This document shows, piece after piece, positions 53,373-64,000 of a DNA stretch of 64,000 nt (positions are counted from its first letter, which is position 1; every line of letters begins with the position of its first letter). The notes beneath the pieces are model-generated. The model was not told where the DNA came from and made no database searches. It saw only the letters and a program-made list of their open reading frames with translations. The stretch comes from Candidatus Pelagibacterales bacterium (GTDB lineage: Bacteria; Pseudomonadota; Alphaproteobacteria; Pelagibacterales; Pelagibacteraceae): contig OZ251704.1 in NCBI GenBank assembly GCA_965244045.1, forward strand, positions 189,432-253,431, written 5' to 3'. Both the position numbers and the translations under genes were made by a program.

Positions 53373-54533
53373 TTAAATTCTCAATCCTTTATCTGCTATG
53401 TTTATTATTTTGCTCATAACTTCTGGCTGCGATGCTAAAGAAAAACCTTTTTTGCGTAAACTAGAAATAGCAGGAGATTGAGCTCTGAATGCTTTTCTAA
53501 TAAGATCGATCGAGACGGCAAATAATAGGTTGCTAGTTTTGGTTTTCTTTTCAAACTCCTTAAGAAGATTAGCCTCTCCAATGTCATAACCTTTATTAAT
53601 CTTTTCTCTTAAATCCCTAATTAAAATATCGATATCTCTAAGTGTCATATTCCAACCTTGCCCAGCTATAGGGTGTATTTTGTGAGTAATGTCACCCATA
53701 AAAATAGTTCTAAAAAGCGCAGTTTTCCTCAAAAATTCAAAGGTTAAAGCAAATTTTTCAACTGTCTTGCTAACATTTAATACGTCATAAAAATTAGATA
53801 AAATGTTTTTAATAAAATCAAATCTCTCATTAAAATTTAAAATAATCTTTTCTGAATGGGAATTGTTTTTAACTGACCAAACAACAGAAGTTTCGGTATT
53901 TGAAATAGGCAGAAAAGCCAAAGGGCCGTCTTTTAAAAAAAATTGTCTTGCAGCAGTATTTGTAATCTTTTTGTGCTTAATTAAGAACGTATAAGCTGTT
54001 TCAGAATAATCCCAGTTAATTTTTTTTTCGTTAGATAAAATTTTTAAATTATCTAGCTCAGTTGCAATAATTAAATTGTAATCTTTGCTTTTTTTATTTT
54101 GAAATAATATTGTTTTTAAAAATGTGTCATTTTGAATCGAAACAATTTTATTTTTTACTACATTAAATCTATTACATCTTTTTTGCAGTTCTTTTTCTAA
54201 ATAATTTTTCTTAACAATATAACTTAAGTTTTTTTTATTTTTTATATGATAGAATTCTGCATCAGCGGACAACTCATTTTGCATTCCATCATAAAGAATA
54301 ATTTTATCAATAGGCCAAAAAGTTTTTTGATTTTTTTTAATTCCTATATTTTCAAGAATTTTAAGAGATGCATCACTAATGGAAAGAGTCGCATTCGAAG
54401 ATGCCACATTCAGTTTGGATTTTTGCTGAATAATATCAATATCCACATTTAGATCTGAAAGCCCCAAAGCTATGGCTTTTGCAGTTAATCCAGCGCCCAA
54501 AATGGCTATCTTCTGTTTATTCAAGGTTTTCAC
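53373..54533 (-). CDS. UbiH/UbiF-family FAD-dependent monooxygenase
   Basis: GAGLTA, GPLAFLP, GDITHKIHPIAGQGWN. Confidence 0.87.
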   Translation of the reverse strand: MKTLNKQKIAILGAGLTAKAIALGLSDLNVDIDIIQQKSKLNVASSNATLSISDASLKILENIGIKKNQKTFWPIDKIILYDGMQNELSADAEFYHIKNKKNLSYIVKKNYLEKELQKRCNRFNVVKNKIVSIQNDTFLKTILFQNKKSKDYNLIIATELDNLKILSNEKKINWDYSETAYTFLIKHKKITNTAARQFFLKDGPLAFLPISNTETSVVWSVKNNSHSEKIILNFNERFDFIKNILSNFYDVLNVSKTVEKFALTFEFLRKTALFRTIFMGDITHKIHPIAGQGWNMTLRDIDILIRDLREKINKGYDIGEANLLKEFEKKTKTSNLLFAVSIDLIRKAFRAQSPAISSLRKKGFSLASQPEVMSKIINIADKGLRI

Positions 54534-54594
54534 GATTAATTTTCATCAATTGTACAAAAAATGTTAAAAAACAACAGTAAATGATTCGTTAACA

Positions 54595-56706
54595 ATGGAA
54601 AAAATACTTAATTTCTTAAAGTTAAGACTAACAGAAATATCTGGTTTGATAGTAATTGCGGCCGGAATATTCATATTTTATAGCTTAATAACTTATTCCG
54701 CTAGTAACCCAACTATTATCTTTCCAGAAGATGCTGACAGCAGAACTCTTCTTATAAAGTATGGCTCTAATTTTGCAGACTTTGTTCTTCAAGCATTTGG
54801 TTTAATTTCATTCGGACTATCTATAAATTTTATTGCTTGGGGAGGAAAATTAGTAATTGAAAAAAAAATTACCAACTTTTGGTTTCAATTATCTTTCATA
54901 GTTTTTTATTTAATTTCAGGCTCATTATTTTTTAAAATTTTTCAAGATCAAAGTTTTTGGTTACCTGATAATGGAAACGGTGGTTTTTTGGGAAGTTATA
55001 TTTTAGGTTTATTTTCAACATTCAAACAACATTTCGTTATAATTAATTATTTAGCTCTATGCTTTAGCATTGTATTTTTTGTATTGAGTTTAGGCTTGTC
55101 TGTTTCTAAATGGAAAAATATTTTTACAAATATCTTCAAGCCATTAACTTTTTTATTAGGATACATCGGTAAAGAAAAATCAAAAATTAAAGATCAAGAA
55201 ATTGAAAATATAGAGATAAACAATCCTGTGTTTAAGGAAGAAGAAAATATTATTCAAGAACTTCAACCTAGTTTGCCCTTGCAAGAAAGCTTAAAACCTA
55301 AATCTTTTGAATACAGATTGCCTTCTCTGACTTTTCTTAAAGATCCTGACAACAAAACATCTGACACAGAACTAAGTGATAGCTTTGAAAAACAATCTAA
55401 GTTTTTAGAAGATACTTTGCTTGATTTTGGAATCATGGGAAAAATCAAAAGAGTAAGCGCCGGTCCTGTTGTAACTCTTTATGAATTTGAACCAGCGGCT
55501 GGAATCAAAACATCCAAAATAATTAATCTCTCTGATGATATCGCTAGAAGCACCAGCTCGATAGCTACTAGAGTTGCAACCGTTCCAGGTAAAAATACTA
55601 TCGGTATTGAAATACCCAATAAGAATATTGAACCTGTTTATTTAAAAGAAATTCTTTCAAGTAAAGAATTTTCAAATAAAAATATCAGACTGCCTATCAC
55701 GCTTGGTAAGAGCATATCTGGATATCCAATTGTTGGAGATTTAGTTAGCATGCCACATTTATTAATTGCTGGTACCACGGGATCTGGCAAATCTGTTTGC
55801 ATAAATACATTAATTCTTTCTTTGCTGTACAGACACAAGCCTGAGTATTGCAAACTAATTTTAATAGACCCAAAAATGCTAGAACTGTCTATTTATCAAG
55901 GTATTCCACACTTATTAAGCCCTGTAATTACAGAACCCAAAAAGGCTACTGCAGCTTTGAAATGGGTGGTGGGTGAAATGGAAAATCGGTACCGAAGAAT
56001 GACGGAGGAAGGAGTTAGAAACATTTCTGGATATAATGAAAAAATGGGAGAGGATCCCAAAAAAATTATTCCCTATATTGTAGTCATAGTAGATGAAATG
56101 GCAGACCTGATGATGATTGCAGGAAAAGAAATTGAAAACTATATTCAAAGACTTGCACAAATGGCCAGAGCAGCGGGCATACATATTGTAATGGCAACAC
56201 AAAGACCCAGTGTTGATGTTATTACGGGTACTATTAAAGCAAATTTTCCAACTCGAATTTCTTTTCAAGTAACTTCAAAAATTGATAGCAGAACTATTTT
56301 GGGAGAACAAGGAGCTGAACTTCTTTTAGGAAAAGGTGACATGTTATTCATGTCCTCTGCGAGTAGAGTTATTAGGATTCATGGACCCTTTGTCTCTGAT
56401 GAAGAAATAGAAAAAATTACCACTTTCTTAAGATCGCAAGGAACACCCGATTATTTAGATGAAGTTACAAAAATACAAGAGCAAAACGATGAAAATGGTA
56501 ATTATCAAAATAACAATGAAAAAGATGAACTATTTGATGAAGCAGTGCGATTAATTAAAATGGAAGGAAAAGCTTCAACTAGTTACCTACAAAGAAAATT
56601 ACAGATTGGTTATAATCGAGCTGCAAGAATTATTGATCAAATGGAAGAGGCAAAAATTATTAGCCCTGCAAACCATGCAGGCAAAAGAGATATATTTCCA
56701 TCTTAA
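54595..56706 (+). CDS. ftsK: DNA translocase FtsK
   Basis: N-terminal TMs; PHLLIAGTTGSGKS, VDEMADLM, QRPSVDVITG, gamma domain IGYNRAARI. Confidence 0.97.
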   Translation: MEKILNFLKLRLTEISGLIVIAAGIFIFYSLITYSASNPTIIFPEDADSRTLLIKYGSNFADFVLQAFGLISFGLSINFIAWGGKLVIEKKITNFWFQLSFIVFYLISGSLFFKIFQDQSFWLPDNGNGGFLGSYILGLFSTFKQHFVIINYLALCFSIVFFVLSLGLSVSKWKNIFTNIFKPLTFLLGYIGKEKSKIKDQEIENIEINNPVFKEEENIIQELQPSLPLQESLKPKSFEYRLPSLTFLKDPDNKTSDTELSDSFEKQSKFLEDTLLDFGIMGKIKRVSAGPVVTLYEFEPAAGIKTSKIINLSDDIARSTSSIATRVATVPGKNTIGIEIPNKNIEPVYLKEILSSKEFSNKNIRLPITLGKSISGYPIVGDLVSMPHLLIAGTTGSGKSVCINTLILSLLYRHKPEYCKLILIDPKMLELSIYQGIPHLLSPVITEPKKATAALKWVVGEMENRYRRMTEEGVRNISGYNEKMGEDPKKIIPYIVVIVDEMADLMMIAGKEIENYIQRLAQMARAAGIHIVMATQRPSVDVITGTIKANFPTRISFQVTSKIDSRTILGEQGAELLLGKGDMLFMSSASRVIRIHGPFVSDEEIEKITTFLRSQGTPDYLDEVTKIQEQNDENGNYQNNNEKDELFDEAVRLIKMEGKASTSYLQRKLQIGYNRAARIIDQMEEAKIISPANHAGKRDIFPS

Positions 56707-57293
56707 TGATAAAGAAAATTTTCATTTTTTTTTTCTTTTGCATATTTCCGTTATCCACCCAATCCAAAAATAGTGGTCTTGTAGAAAAATTTGTAACAAA
56801 ATTTTCTAACATAAATAATATTCAATTTGACTTTATTCAAACTAGTAACGATGTAATTGAAAAAGGATCCTGCTTTCTTTCGTATCCTGAAAAATTAATT
56901 TGTAGATATCAGGATGAAGATCAAAAAGAAGTGGTTATCAAAGATAGCACTCTTGCTATTGTAAAAAGGAAATACAAAGTAGTTTATTATTACCGAGTAG
57001 CAAATTCTCCTTTTGCCACCATCTTAAATAAAAACAAAATAATTGAGCAAATTAAAAATATTAAAGATATTGAAACTCAAAATAAATTTTTTGTTATTAA
57101 CTTTACGGCTGATCAAGAGAACACAAATCTTCAACTTTTTATTAACAAAACCACGCTGAATATTGATGGATGGAAAACAACTGGTTATGACGGCCAATCA
57201 ATATCCTTTGACATCAGTAATAGTCAAATAAACGTTGATATTGTTGAAAAATTTGAGATACCTAATTATGAATTAGAGAGGCAAAGTAATTAG
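56706..57293 (+). CDS. lolA: Outer-membrane lipoprotein carrier LolA-like
   Basis: Signal peptide, FIQ...G...P motif; directly after ftsK. Confidence 0.75.
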   Translation: MIKKIFIFFFFCIFPLSTQSKNSGLVEKFVTKFSNINNIQFDFIQTSNDVIEKGSCFLSYPEKLICRYQDEDQKEVVIKDSTLAIVKRKYKVVYYYRVANSPFATILNKNKIIEQIKNIKDIETQNKFFVINFTADQENTNLQLFINKTTLNIDGWKTTGYDGQSISFDISNSQINVDIVEKFEIPNYELERQSN

Positions 57294-57782
57294 TTCTTTT
57301 TTAAAAATACTCATTCCTCTAGCTATATAATTTCGAAGTGCATTAGGGTGATCCAAAGTACAAGTATGCACCCATATTCTTTTTGGATTATGTTTCCAGG
57401 CAGCTTCCAGGGCATGACTGAGCAGGTAGCCGCCCAATTTTTTTCCAAAATAATTTTTAAAAATACCAAAATAGGTAATTTCAACTTCTTTAGTATCTTC
57501 ATGATTTAGATATTCATAATAACCAGCGGGATCTTCTCCTACATATGCAGTATAAAATTTTAATTTTTCACTATCCAAATAAATTTTCCATTCCTCTAAA
57601 CTCCACTTTAGTCTGTCTTTCCAATGAAAATCTTCACCAATTTTTTGATATAAAAATTTACAAAACTGAGGATCTTCTTTTCCTTTTTCTATTATTGAAA
57701 TATTGTAAATTCCACAAACAGCAGGTGTAAAATCTTTTTTATTTTTTATTTCTAAAAAATACCGCTGAACTCCTTGATGCAT
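57273..57782 (-). CDS. GNAT-family acetyltransferase
   Basis: EITYFG...GKKLGG, WVHTCTLDHPNAL.NY..RG. Confidence 0.85.
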   Translation of the reverse strand: MHQGVQRYFLEIKNKKDFTPAVCGIYNISIIEKGKEDPQFCKFLYQKIGEDFHWKDRLKWSLEEWKIYLDSEKLKFYTAYVGEDPAGYYEYLNHEDTKEVEITYFGIFKNYFGKKLGGYLLSHALEAAWKHNPKRIWVHTCTLDHPNALRNYIARGMSIFKKELITLPL

Positions 57783-57784
57783 TT

Positions 57785-58159
57785 TTATTTTTTGGAAACC
57801 ATTCTTCCTAGTGGTTCTCCTCCTACAATATGAAAATGTAAGTGAGGTACTTCTTGACCTCCATCTGCACCATTATTTCCAATATAACGATATCCATTTC
57901 CTTCAGAATATGTTGAAACTCCAACTAATTTTGCCACCTCACCTAATGCCCTTATAAGATCAACAATTTCATCATTCTTTGCATTTTTAGAAAAATCATC
58001 CATATTTACATACGCTCCTTTGGGGATGACCAATACATGAACTTTTGCTTGAGGATTAATATCCTTAAAAGCTAAACTATGTGCACTTTCATAAACTTTG
58101 CTACAAGGTATTTCTTTTCTTAAAATTTTAGCAAAAATATTATTAGGATCGTATTTCAT
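57785..58159 (-). CDS. HIT-family nucleotide hydrolase
   Basis: NIFAKIL, DINPQA, QEVPHLHFH. Confidence 0.93.
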   Translation of the reverse strand: MKYDPNNIFAKILRKEIPCSKVYESAHSLAFKDINPQAKVHVLVIPKGAYVNMDDFSKNAKNDEIVDLIRALGEVAKLVGVSTYSEGNGYRYIGNNGADGGQEVPHLHFHIVGGEPLGRMVSKK

Positions 58160-58163
58160 GCTT

Positions 58164-58472
58164 TTAGCGACTAGCTTTTTCCTCTAAACCAGATTTTTTT
58201 TGTCTTTGTTTTAATTCATTCATAACATCTTCAATTTTAATATTATTAGACTCTAAAAGAACTAATAAATGATATATGACATCTGCAGATTCATGAACTT
58301 GGTTTTTGTTTTGACTTATGGCTTCTAATAATTCTTGAATTTCTTCTTCAACTTTTTCTTTACATAAATTTTTATTATTTAGTAATTGATTGGTATAGGA
58401 TTTATCCTTGGTAGAATTTTTTCTCTGACGGATGATATCTACTAATTCTTCTAAAGTTTTAAACATGCTCAT
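58164..58472 (-). CDS. hisE: Phosphoribosyl-ATP diphosphatase
   Basis: [30 protein letters not shown]. Confidence 0.92.
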   Translation of the reverse strand: MSMFKTLEELVDIIRQRKNSTKDKSYTNQLLNNKNLCKEKVEEEIQELLEAISQNKNQVHESADVIYHLLVLLESNNIKIEDVMNELKQRQKKSGLEEKASR

Positions 58473-59227
58473 ATTCTTACAGAAACACTTTGTGACTTCA
58501 AATATTCTTTTACTTGATGAATTGAAAATTCTCCAAAGTGGAAAATCGATGCCGCCAGTACTGCGCTCGCACCTCCTTGTTGTATTCCGTCTCTAATATG
58601 CTCCAGAGTACCTACTCCACCTGATGCTATTACTGGGATCGATAAAGATTTTGATACCCTATTGGTCAAGTCCAGATCGTAACCAGACTTAGTACCATCC
58701 TTATCCATTGAAGTTAGTAAGATTTCACCAGCCCCGTTATTTTGAGCTAATATCGCAAATTCTAGAGCATCAAGATTAGTCTGTTCCCTACCTCCATGGG
58801 TGAACACATTCCATTTATTGGTTCCAGTTTTTTTTGCGTCTATTGCAACGACTATACATTGAGAACCGAACTTAAGTGCAGCCTCTTTAATTAAGTCTGG
58901 ATTTTTAATAGCTGCAGTATTGATTGATACTTTGTCTGCTCCAGCCATCAAAAGGTTTCTAATGTCTTGAATTGATCTTACACCACCCCCCACCGTCAAA
59001 GGAACAAAGCATTGTTCGGCAGTTTTTTTTACCGTGTCTAATAGAATATCTCTATTTTCATTTGATGCGGTAATATCTAAAAAACAAATTTCATCAGCTC
59101 CACTTTCGCTATAAATTTTTGCTTGTTCAACGGGATCACCTGCATCAATTAAATTGATAAAATTAATACCCTTAACTACTCTACCGTTCTTTACATCTAA
59201 ACAAGGTATTATTCTTTTTTTTAACAT
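58469..59227 (-). CDS. hisF: Imidazole glycerol phosphate synthase cyclase subunit
   Basis: [32 protein letters not shown]. Confidence 0.97.
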   Translation of the reverse strand: MLKKRIIPCLDVKNGRVVKGINFINLIDAGDPVEQAKIYSESGADEICFLDITASNENRDILLDTVKKTAEQCFVPLTVGGGVRSIQDIRNLLMAGADKVSINTAAIKNPDLIKEAALKFGSQCIVVAIDAKKTGTNKWNVFTHGGREQTNLDALEFAILAQNNGAGEILLTSMDKDGTKSGYDLDLTNRVSKSLSIPVIASGGVGTLEHIRDGIQQGGASAVLAASIFHFGEFSIHQVKEYLKSQSVSVRI

Positions 59228-59941
59228 TTAATTAATTTTAACTAATTCCTCTAAAGAAATAGAATGATCGTAAATTGCTTTCCCTATAATCACACCTTTA
59301 ATTTCTTTAGTTTTTTTAATTGCAAGAACATCTTGTATACTTGCAACACCTCCTGAGGCTATTACAGGAATATTGCTTAACTTACTCATTTTAAGTGTCT
59401 CTTCTAAATTAACCCCCTCTTTAGTTCCATCTTTATCAATGTCCGTAAAAATAATACTTTTAATTTTATAGTCCTTAATCTTGTTTACAAAATCACTTGC
59501 CAGTAATTGTGTCTGATCCGTCCAACCTTTAAGAGCTAAAAACCCCTTTCTTACATCCATGCCTACAGAAATTTGATAGGGATATTGATCAGAAAGTTTT
59601 TTTAATAGTGCAATATTCTGCACTGCAGCTGTTCCCATAACAATATTTTCTACACCTAAATTTAAAACTTCTTCAATAGTCTCTCTAGTTCGCAGTCCTC
59701 CACCAACTTGTATTTTTAAAGAAGTTTTTTTAACTATTTCTTTAATGACCTCTAAATTAGAATTATTGGAATCCAAAGTTCTATCAAGATCAACAATATG
59801 CAAATTAACAAAACCCAACTTTTCAAATTGCTGTGCCTGTTGTAATGGAGAATGATTGAATATTTCTTCTTTTAAAAAATCACCTTTGTACAATCTTACG
59901 CATTTTTTATTTTTTAGATCAATAGCTGGATAAATAATCAT
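59228..59941 (-). CDS. hisA: ProFAR isomerase
   Basis: PAIDL...VRL..G, HIVDLD, QVGGGLR, TDIDKDG. Confidence 0.95.
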   Translation of the reverse strand: MIIYPAIDLKNKKCVRLYKGDFLKEEIFNHSPLQQAQQFEKLGFVNLHIVDLDRTLDSNNSNLEVIKEIVKKTSLKIQVGGGLRTRETIEEVLNLGVENIVMGTAAVQNIALLKKLSDQYPYQISVGMDVRKGFLALKGWTDQTQLLASDFVNKIKDYKIKSIIFTDIDKDGTKEGVNLEETLKMSKLSNIPVIASGGVASIQDVLAIKKTKEIKGVIIGKAIYDHSISLEELVKIN

Positions 59942-59945
59942 AATG

Positions 59946-60581
59946 TTACCAAGTTAAAAAATTTTCTAAAATTTGAATTCCGTTTTTTTGACTTTTTTCT
60001 GGGTGAAACTGGGTTCCAAACACGTTATCCTTAAAAACGGCTACAGTAATCTCATCCTGATAAAACGTTGAAGCTGCAACGTTTTTTTGATCTTTTGCCT
60101 TAAATTCATAGCTATGAACAAAGTAAAAATGCTTATCTTTAGACAAATTTTTAAACAAAGGATTATCTTTTTTAATCGTTATTTCATTCCATCCCATGTG
60201 GGGTAATTTTAATTCTGAATTAAGAATATTAATTTTTTTAACTTCTCCGCTAATCCAACCAAATCCTTTGGAGCCTCCATCTTCCTCTCCAGAATCAGCG
60301 AATAATTGCATTCCCACACATATTCCAAAAATATTTTTTTTCTTTTCAATTACAAATTCGTTTAGCTGCTGTAAAGCTCCTGGCATATCGTTTAAATATT
60401 GTGCACACTGCTTAAAGGATCCTTGTCCTGGTAAAATAATTTTATCTGCCTGAGCAATTTTTTTTGATTCACTGATAACCTGAACAGAAATTTTTTTGTT
60501 CAAATTACTAGCAGCAAATTCTACTGCTTTTGAAACTGACTTAATATTGCCAGATCCATAATCAAGAATGGATACTATCAT
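59946..60581 (-). CDS. hisH: IGP synthase glutaminase subunit
   Basis: DYGSGN, GICVGMQ, PHMGWN, QFHPEKS. Confidence 0.96.
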   Translation of the reverse strand: MIVSILDYGSGNIKSVSKAVEFAASNLNKKISVQVISESKKIAQADKIILPGQGSFKQCAQYLNDMPGALQQLNEFVIEKKKNIFGICVGMQLFADSGEEDGGSKGFGWISGEVKKINILNSELKLPHMGWNEITIKKDNPLFKNLSKDKHFYFVHSYEFKAKDQKNVAASTFYQDEITVAVFKDNVFGTQFHPEKSQKNGIQILENFLTW

Positions 60582-60589
60582 TAAAAAAT

Positions 60590-61177
60590 TTAAATTTTGC
60601 CTTTAGTAGATGGAATAGAATCTTTTTGCCTTGGATCTATTTCAAAAGCACTACGCAAGGCTTTTGCTAAACCTTTATAACATGACTCAATAATGTGGTG
60701 ACTATTATCCCCATAAACATTTTCAACGTGTAAAGTAATACCTGCGGCTTGAGCAAAACCTTGAAACCATTCTTTAAATAATTCCGTATCCATTTCGCCC
60801 AGTTTTTCTACTTTTAATTTTACTTTCCATACCAAATAAGGACGACCCGAAACATCAAGTGCTATTCTGCTCAATGTCTCATCCATAGGGATAAGTGCAT
60901 GAGCATATCTTTTAATTCCTTTTTTATCTCCAAGAGCTTTTAGCATTGCCTCTCCCATAGCTATGCCCGTGTCTTCTGTGGTGTGGTGCAAATCTATATG
61001 CAAATCACCCTTAGCTTTAATTTTTAAATCTATTAAAGAGTGCTTAGAAACTTGTTCTAGCATATGGTCTAAAAAGCCTATCCCTGTTTGTATGTCATAC
61101 TTGCCTGTACCGTCCAAGTTAACATCAACACTAATGCTCGTTTCTTTTGTTTTGCGCTCTATGCTTGCTGTTCTCAT
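60590..61177 (-). CDS. hisB: Imidazoleglycerol-phosphate dehydratase
   Basis: RKTKET, DHML, HHTTED, PMDE, NSHHIIE, PSTKG. Confidence 0.97.
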   Translation of the reverse strand: MRTASIERKTKETSISVDVNLDGTGKYDIQTGIGFLDHMLEQVSKHSLIDLKIKAKGDLHIDLHHTTEDTGIAMGEAMLKALGDKKGIKRYAHALIPMDETLSRIALDVSGRPYLVWKVKLKVEKLGEMDTELFKEWFQGFAQAAGITLHVENVYGDNSHHIIESCYKGLAKALRSAFEIDPRQKDSIPSTKGKI

Positions 61178-61222
61178 GATGTTTAATTTACTTTATTATA
61201 ATAAATAACTTAAAATTTATAC

Positions 61223-61250
61223 CTTGAAGATATAAGTTTAATAACCACAT
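61223..61250 (+). promoter_or_regulatory. Putative RpoH-type promoter of hslVU
   Basis: CTTG(AA)-N17-ACCACAT, same spacing as at grpE and dnaK. Confidence 0.5.
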
Positions 61251-61278
61251 AGAGATTATTAATAAAATAGAGCAAAAT

Positions 61279-61818
61279 ATGGACAATAATAATTGGCACG
61301 GAACCACGATTGTTTTAGTGAGAAAAGGTAACGAGGTAGTAGTTGCTGGAGATGGGCAAGTTAGTATCGGCAATACCGTCATGAAAAGAACAGCAAAAAA
61401 AGTCCGAAAAATAGAAGATAGAGGAGTGATTGCTGGATTTGCAGGATCGACTGCGGATGCATTTACTTTGTTTGAAAGATTAGAAGAAAAATTAGAAAAA
61501 CATGGAGGCCAATTAACCCGGGCTGCCGTGGAGCTGGCTAAAGATTGGAGAACCGATAAATTTTTAAGAAGACTGGAAGCTTTAATGGCTGTTGCTGATA
61601 AAGATAAAAGTTTTATTATCAGTGGTAACGGAGATGTTTTAGAACCAGAGCATGGTGTAATTGCGATTGGATCGGGTGGTAATTATGCTTTGGCAGCAGC
61701 AAGAGTTCTTTTAGAAGAAACCAACAAATCAGCAGAAGAGATTGCAAGAAGATCAATCGAAATTGCATCAGAAATTTGTGTATTCACCAATAACAATATC
61801 ACAATCGAAAAATTATAA
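61279..61818 (+). CDS. hslV: ATP-dependent protease peptidase subunit HslV
   Basis: [24 protein letters not shown]. Confidence 0.97.
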   Translation: MDNNNWHGTTIVLVRKGNEVVVAGDGQVSIGNTVMKRTAKKVRKIEDRGVIAGFAGSTADAFTLFERLEEKLEKHGGQLTRAAVELAKDWRTDKFLRRLEALMAVADKDKSFIISGNGDVLEPEHGVIAIGSGGNYALAAARVLLEETNKSAEEIARRSIEIASEICVFTNNNITIEKL

Positions 61819-63138
61819 ATGGAAAACGAACAAAAAATAGTTTCATTTTCTCCAAGAGAAATTGTTTCTGAATTAGATCGTTATGTAATTGGTCAAGCCG
61901 ACGCTAAAAAAGCAGTCGCTATCGCTCTTAGAAACAGATGGAGAAGGCAGGAATTACCTGAAGAATTAAAAGAAGAGGTGATGCCAAAAAATATTTTAAT
62001 GGTAGGACCCACTGGGGTTGGTAAAACAGAAATTTCTCGAAGACTTGCTAAGTTAGCTGAAGCACCTTTTATTAAAGTAGAAGCAACTAAATTTACTGAA
62101 GTTGGCTATGTCGGAAAAGACGTAGAACAAATCATTAGAGATCTAATTGAAATAGGAATCTCTTTGATCAAAGATAAAAAAAGAAAAGAAGTAGAAGCTA
62201 AATCCCAACTGTCATCAGAGGAAAGAGTATTAGATGAGTTAGTTGGAAAAAATGCTAGCGTTGCAACTAGAGAAAGTTTTAGAAAAAGATTAAGAGCAGG
62301 AGATTTAGATAATAATATTATTGAAATTTCGGTTCAAGAAACTCCTACCATGCCATCATTTGAAATCCCAGGAATGCAGGGAGGCGTGGGCATGGTTAGC
62401 ATTGGAGATATTTTTGGAAAAGGAATGGGCGGTAAAAAGAAAAAGAAAAAAATGACCGTGAAAGAGTCCTATGCCTATTTAATTCAAGAAGAATCCGACA
62501 AATTAATCGATCAAGATCAGATTATTAAAGAAGCTAAATTTGCCGTGGAAAATAATGGAATCGTATTTTTAGATGAAATAGACAAAGTATCAGCTAGACA
62601 CGAAAGGTCAGGTGCAGATGTATCAAGGGAGGGAGTTCAAAGAGATTTATTGCCATTAATTGAGGGTACTACTGTTAATACCAAGCACGGGCCCATTAAA
62701 ACAGATCATATTTTGTTTATAGCTTCTGGAGCCTTCCAGCTGAGCAAACCATCTGATTTATTGCCAGAATTACAGGGGAGATTGCCAATACGAGTGGAAC
62801 TACAACCTCTCACTAAACAAGACTTTATCAAAATCTTACAAGAGCCAGACAACAGTTTGATTAAACAATATATCGGTTTAATGAAAACAGAGAATGTTGA
62901 TCTCGAATTTACAGAAGATGGGATAGACTCTATTGCTGATATCTCCACTCATATTAATTCAACAATTGAAAATATTGGAGCAAGAAGACTGCACACTATT
63001 CTAGAAAAAGTATTAGAAGAAATTAGCTTTACTGCTTCAGACAAAAATGGAGAAAAAGTAGTTGTCAACAAAGAGTATGTTGAAAAAAATATTGGCAAAA
63101 TAATTAAAGACAAAGATCTTTCAAAATTTATTCTATAA
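61819..63138 (+). CDS. hslU: ATP-dependent protease ATPase HslU
   Basis: [31 protein letters not shown]. Confidence 0.98.
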   Translation: MENEQKIVSFSPREIVSELDRYVIGQADAKKAVAIALRNRWRRQELPEELKEEVMPKNILMVGPTGVGKTEISRRLAKLAEAPFIKVEATKFTEVGYVGKDVEQIIRDLIEIGISLIKDKKRKEVEAKSQLSSEERVLDELVGKNASVATRESFRKRLRAGDLDNNIIEISVQETPTMPSFEIPGMQGGVGMVSIGDIFGKGMGGKKKKKKMTVKESYAYLIQEESDKLIDQDQIIKEAKFAVENNGIVFLDEIDKVSARHERSGADVSREGVQRDLLPLIEGTTVNTKHGPIKTDHILFIASGAFQLSKPSDLLPELQGRLPIRVELQPLTKQDFIKILQEPDNSLIKQYIGLMKTENVDLEFTEDGIDSIADISTHINSTIENIGARRLHTILEKVLEEISFTASDKNGEKVVVNKEYVEKNIGKIIKDKDLSKFIL

Positions 63139-63564
63139 CTTTTTTAAAGTAACAATCATTGATCCTTCACCACCTAAATGGGCAGGACTAGATTCTATAG
63201 AAATAATTTTATTTGAATAATTTTTATTTATATAATCTGGTACTGAATATCTTAATAAGCTTAAATCTTTAGAAGCATAAGGGTCGCTGTCTTTGTTAGA
63301 ATGCAAACCTTTTCCTGTAATAACTAAAATTTTTTTTATTTTTTTTTCTTCGGCAAACTCAAATAAATGATCAATTCTTTCAAAAGCTTCTGCCAAGGTA
63401 TAACCATGCAAATCTACCCTTAAATCATAGTTATTGGGATTTTGAGATTTTTTTTTACTAGATAAGTTTTTATCTTTATCTTCTACAAATTTAGTCTCAG
63501 AAATAAAATTGTTCCAAGTCTCTAGATCTTCTTGGGAAATCTTAGTGTTTCGTTTCTTTTCCAC
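63133..63564 (-). CDS. Smr-domain protein
   Basis: DLHGYT, LVITGKG, GGEG. Confidence 0.9.
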   Translation of the reverse strand: MEKKRNTKISQEDLETWNNFISETKFVEDKDKNLSSKKKSQNPNNYDLRVDLHGYTLAEAFERIDHLFEFAEEKKIKKILVITGKGLHSNKDSDPYASKDLSLLRYSVPDYINKNYSNKIISIESSPAHLGGEGSMIVTLKKL

Positions 63565-64000
63565 TAGTATCTGCTTCAGCCGAAAGTTCGCTTAAATACC
63601 ACGTTGGATCTTTATCTTTTAAATCTCTTTCAAAGCTCCAAACGTCAGTAGTAACTTTCGTTTTTTCTGGGTCCCCTTCTACAACGTTGCCCTGTTCATC
63701 TCGTAAGCATGTAATAATTTGACTAATAAAACGAGCTGTAACTTTATATTTGGTTTCTATATTACTAACTTTATCTATAGAAAGTTTTTGAATACCTACA
63801 AAAGTTAAATCCGATTTTAACTTTTTTTCATTACGCTCATCAATAATTTTTTCAAAATCTTCATACAATTTTTTAGTTAACAAAGTTTTTAAAGTTTTTT
63901 TATCTCCATTTGCAAACGAATTAATAATCATTTCGTAAGCATACTCTGCACCTTTTTTAAAAGAATCTTCGTCGAAAGTTAGCTCTTTTGATTTTTCTTT
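63542..64000 (-). CDS. Tim44-like domain protein (5'-partial; frame open to window edge)
   Basis: FDEDSFKKGAEYAYEMIINSFANGD, VVEGDP...DVWSFER...DPTW. Confidence 0.88.
   Translation of the reverse strand, partial: KEKSKELTFDEDSFKKGAEYAYEMIINSFANGDKKTLKTLLTKKLYEDFEKIIDERNEKKLKSDLTFVGIQKLSIDKVSNIETKYKVTARFISQIITCLRDEQGNVVEGDPEKTKVTTDVWSFERDLKDKDPTWYLSELSAEADTSGKETKH

Noticed and set aside
1-64000. tRNA/rRNA genes, oriC DnaA-box cluster, prophage or IS elements
   Set aside because: No spacer shows a cloverleaf, rRNA-like composition or clustered TTATCCACA boxes; no integrase, transposase or phage proteins among the ORFs (by eye, not by tool).

Overview
AT-rich, extremely compact (many 0-10 bp spacers, overlapping start/stop codons) core-genome segment of a streamlined alphaproteobacterium, most consistent with SAR11/Pelagibacterales (inferred from gene order, composition and gene losses). 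It lies near the origin (mnmE-mnmG-rsmG-parA-parB, with a perfect parS inside rsmG). It carries ubiB-coaBC-dut, fabABI, the long murJ-trpS...miaB...metK-trmB-nusA-infB-rbfA-truB-rpsO-pnp block, maeB, rph/rdgB, grpE-dnaK-dnaJ-dapB-nth, leuS-lptE-holA, ftsK-lolA, hisBHAFE and hslVU. I saw no tRNA/rRNA, CRISPR array or transposase/integrase. Main observations: (1) a 44-aa ArfA-like ribosome-rescue ORF (41200-41334, -) absent from the ORF track; (2) an unexplained ~200-bp segment between convergent fabI and pnp into which both genes run with non-homologous tails, containing repeats and palindromes; (3) single-base frameshifts in trmB (A11 tract) and corC; (4) a terminator-like nusA leader with no rimP; (5) a shared heat-shock-type promoter motif without hrcA. 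I found no clearly new multi-gene system, and several anomalies may be sequencing indels.
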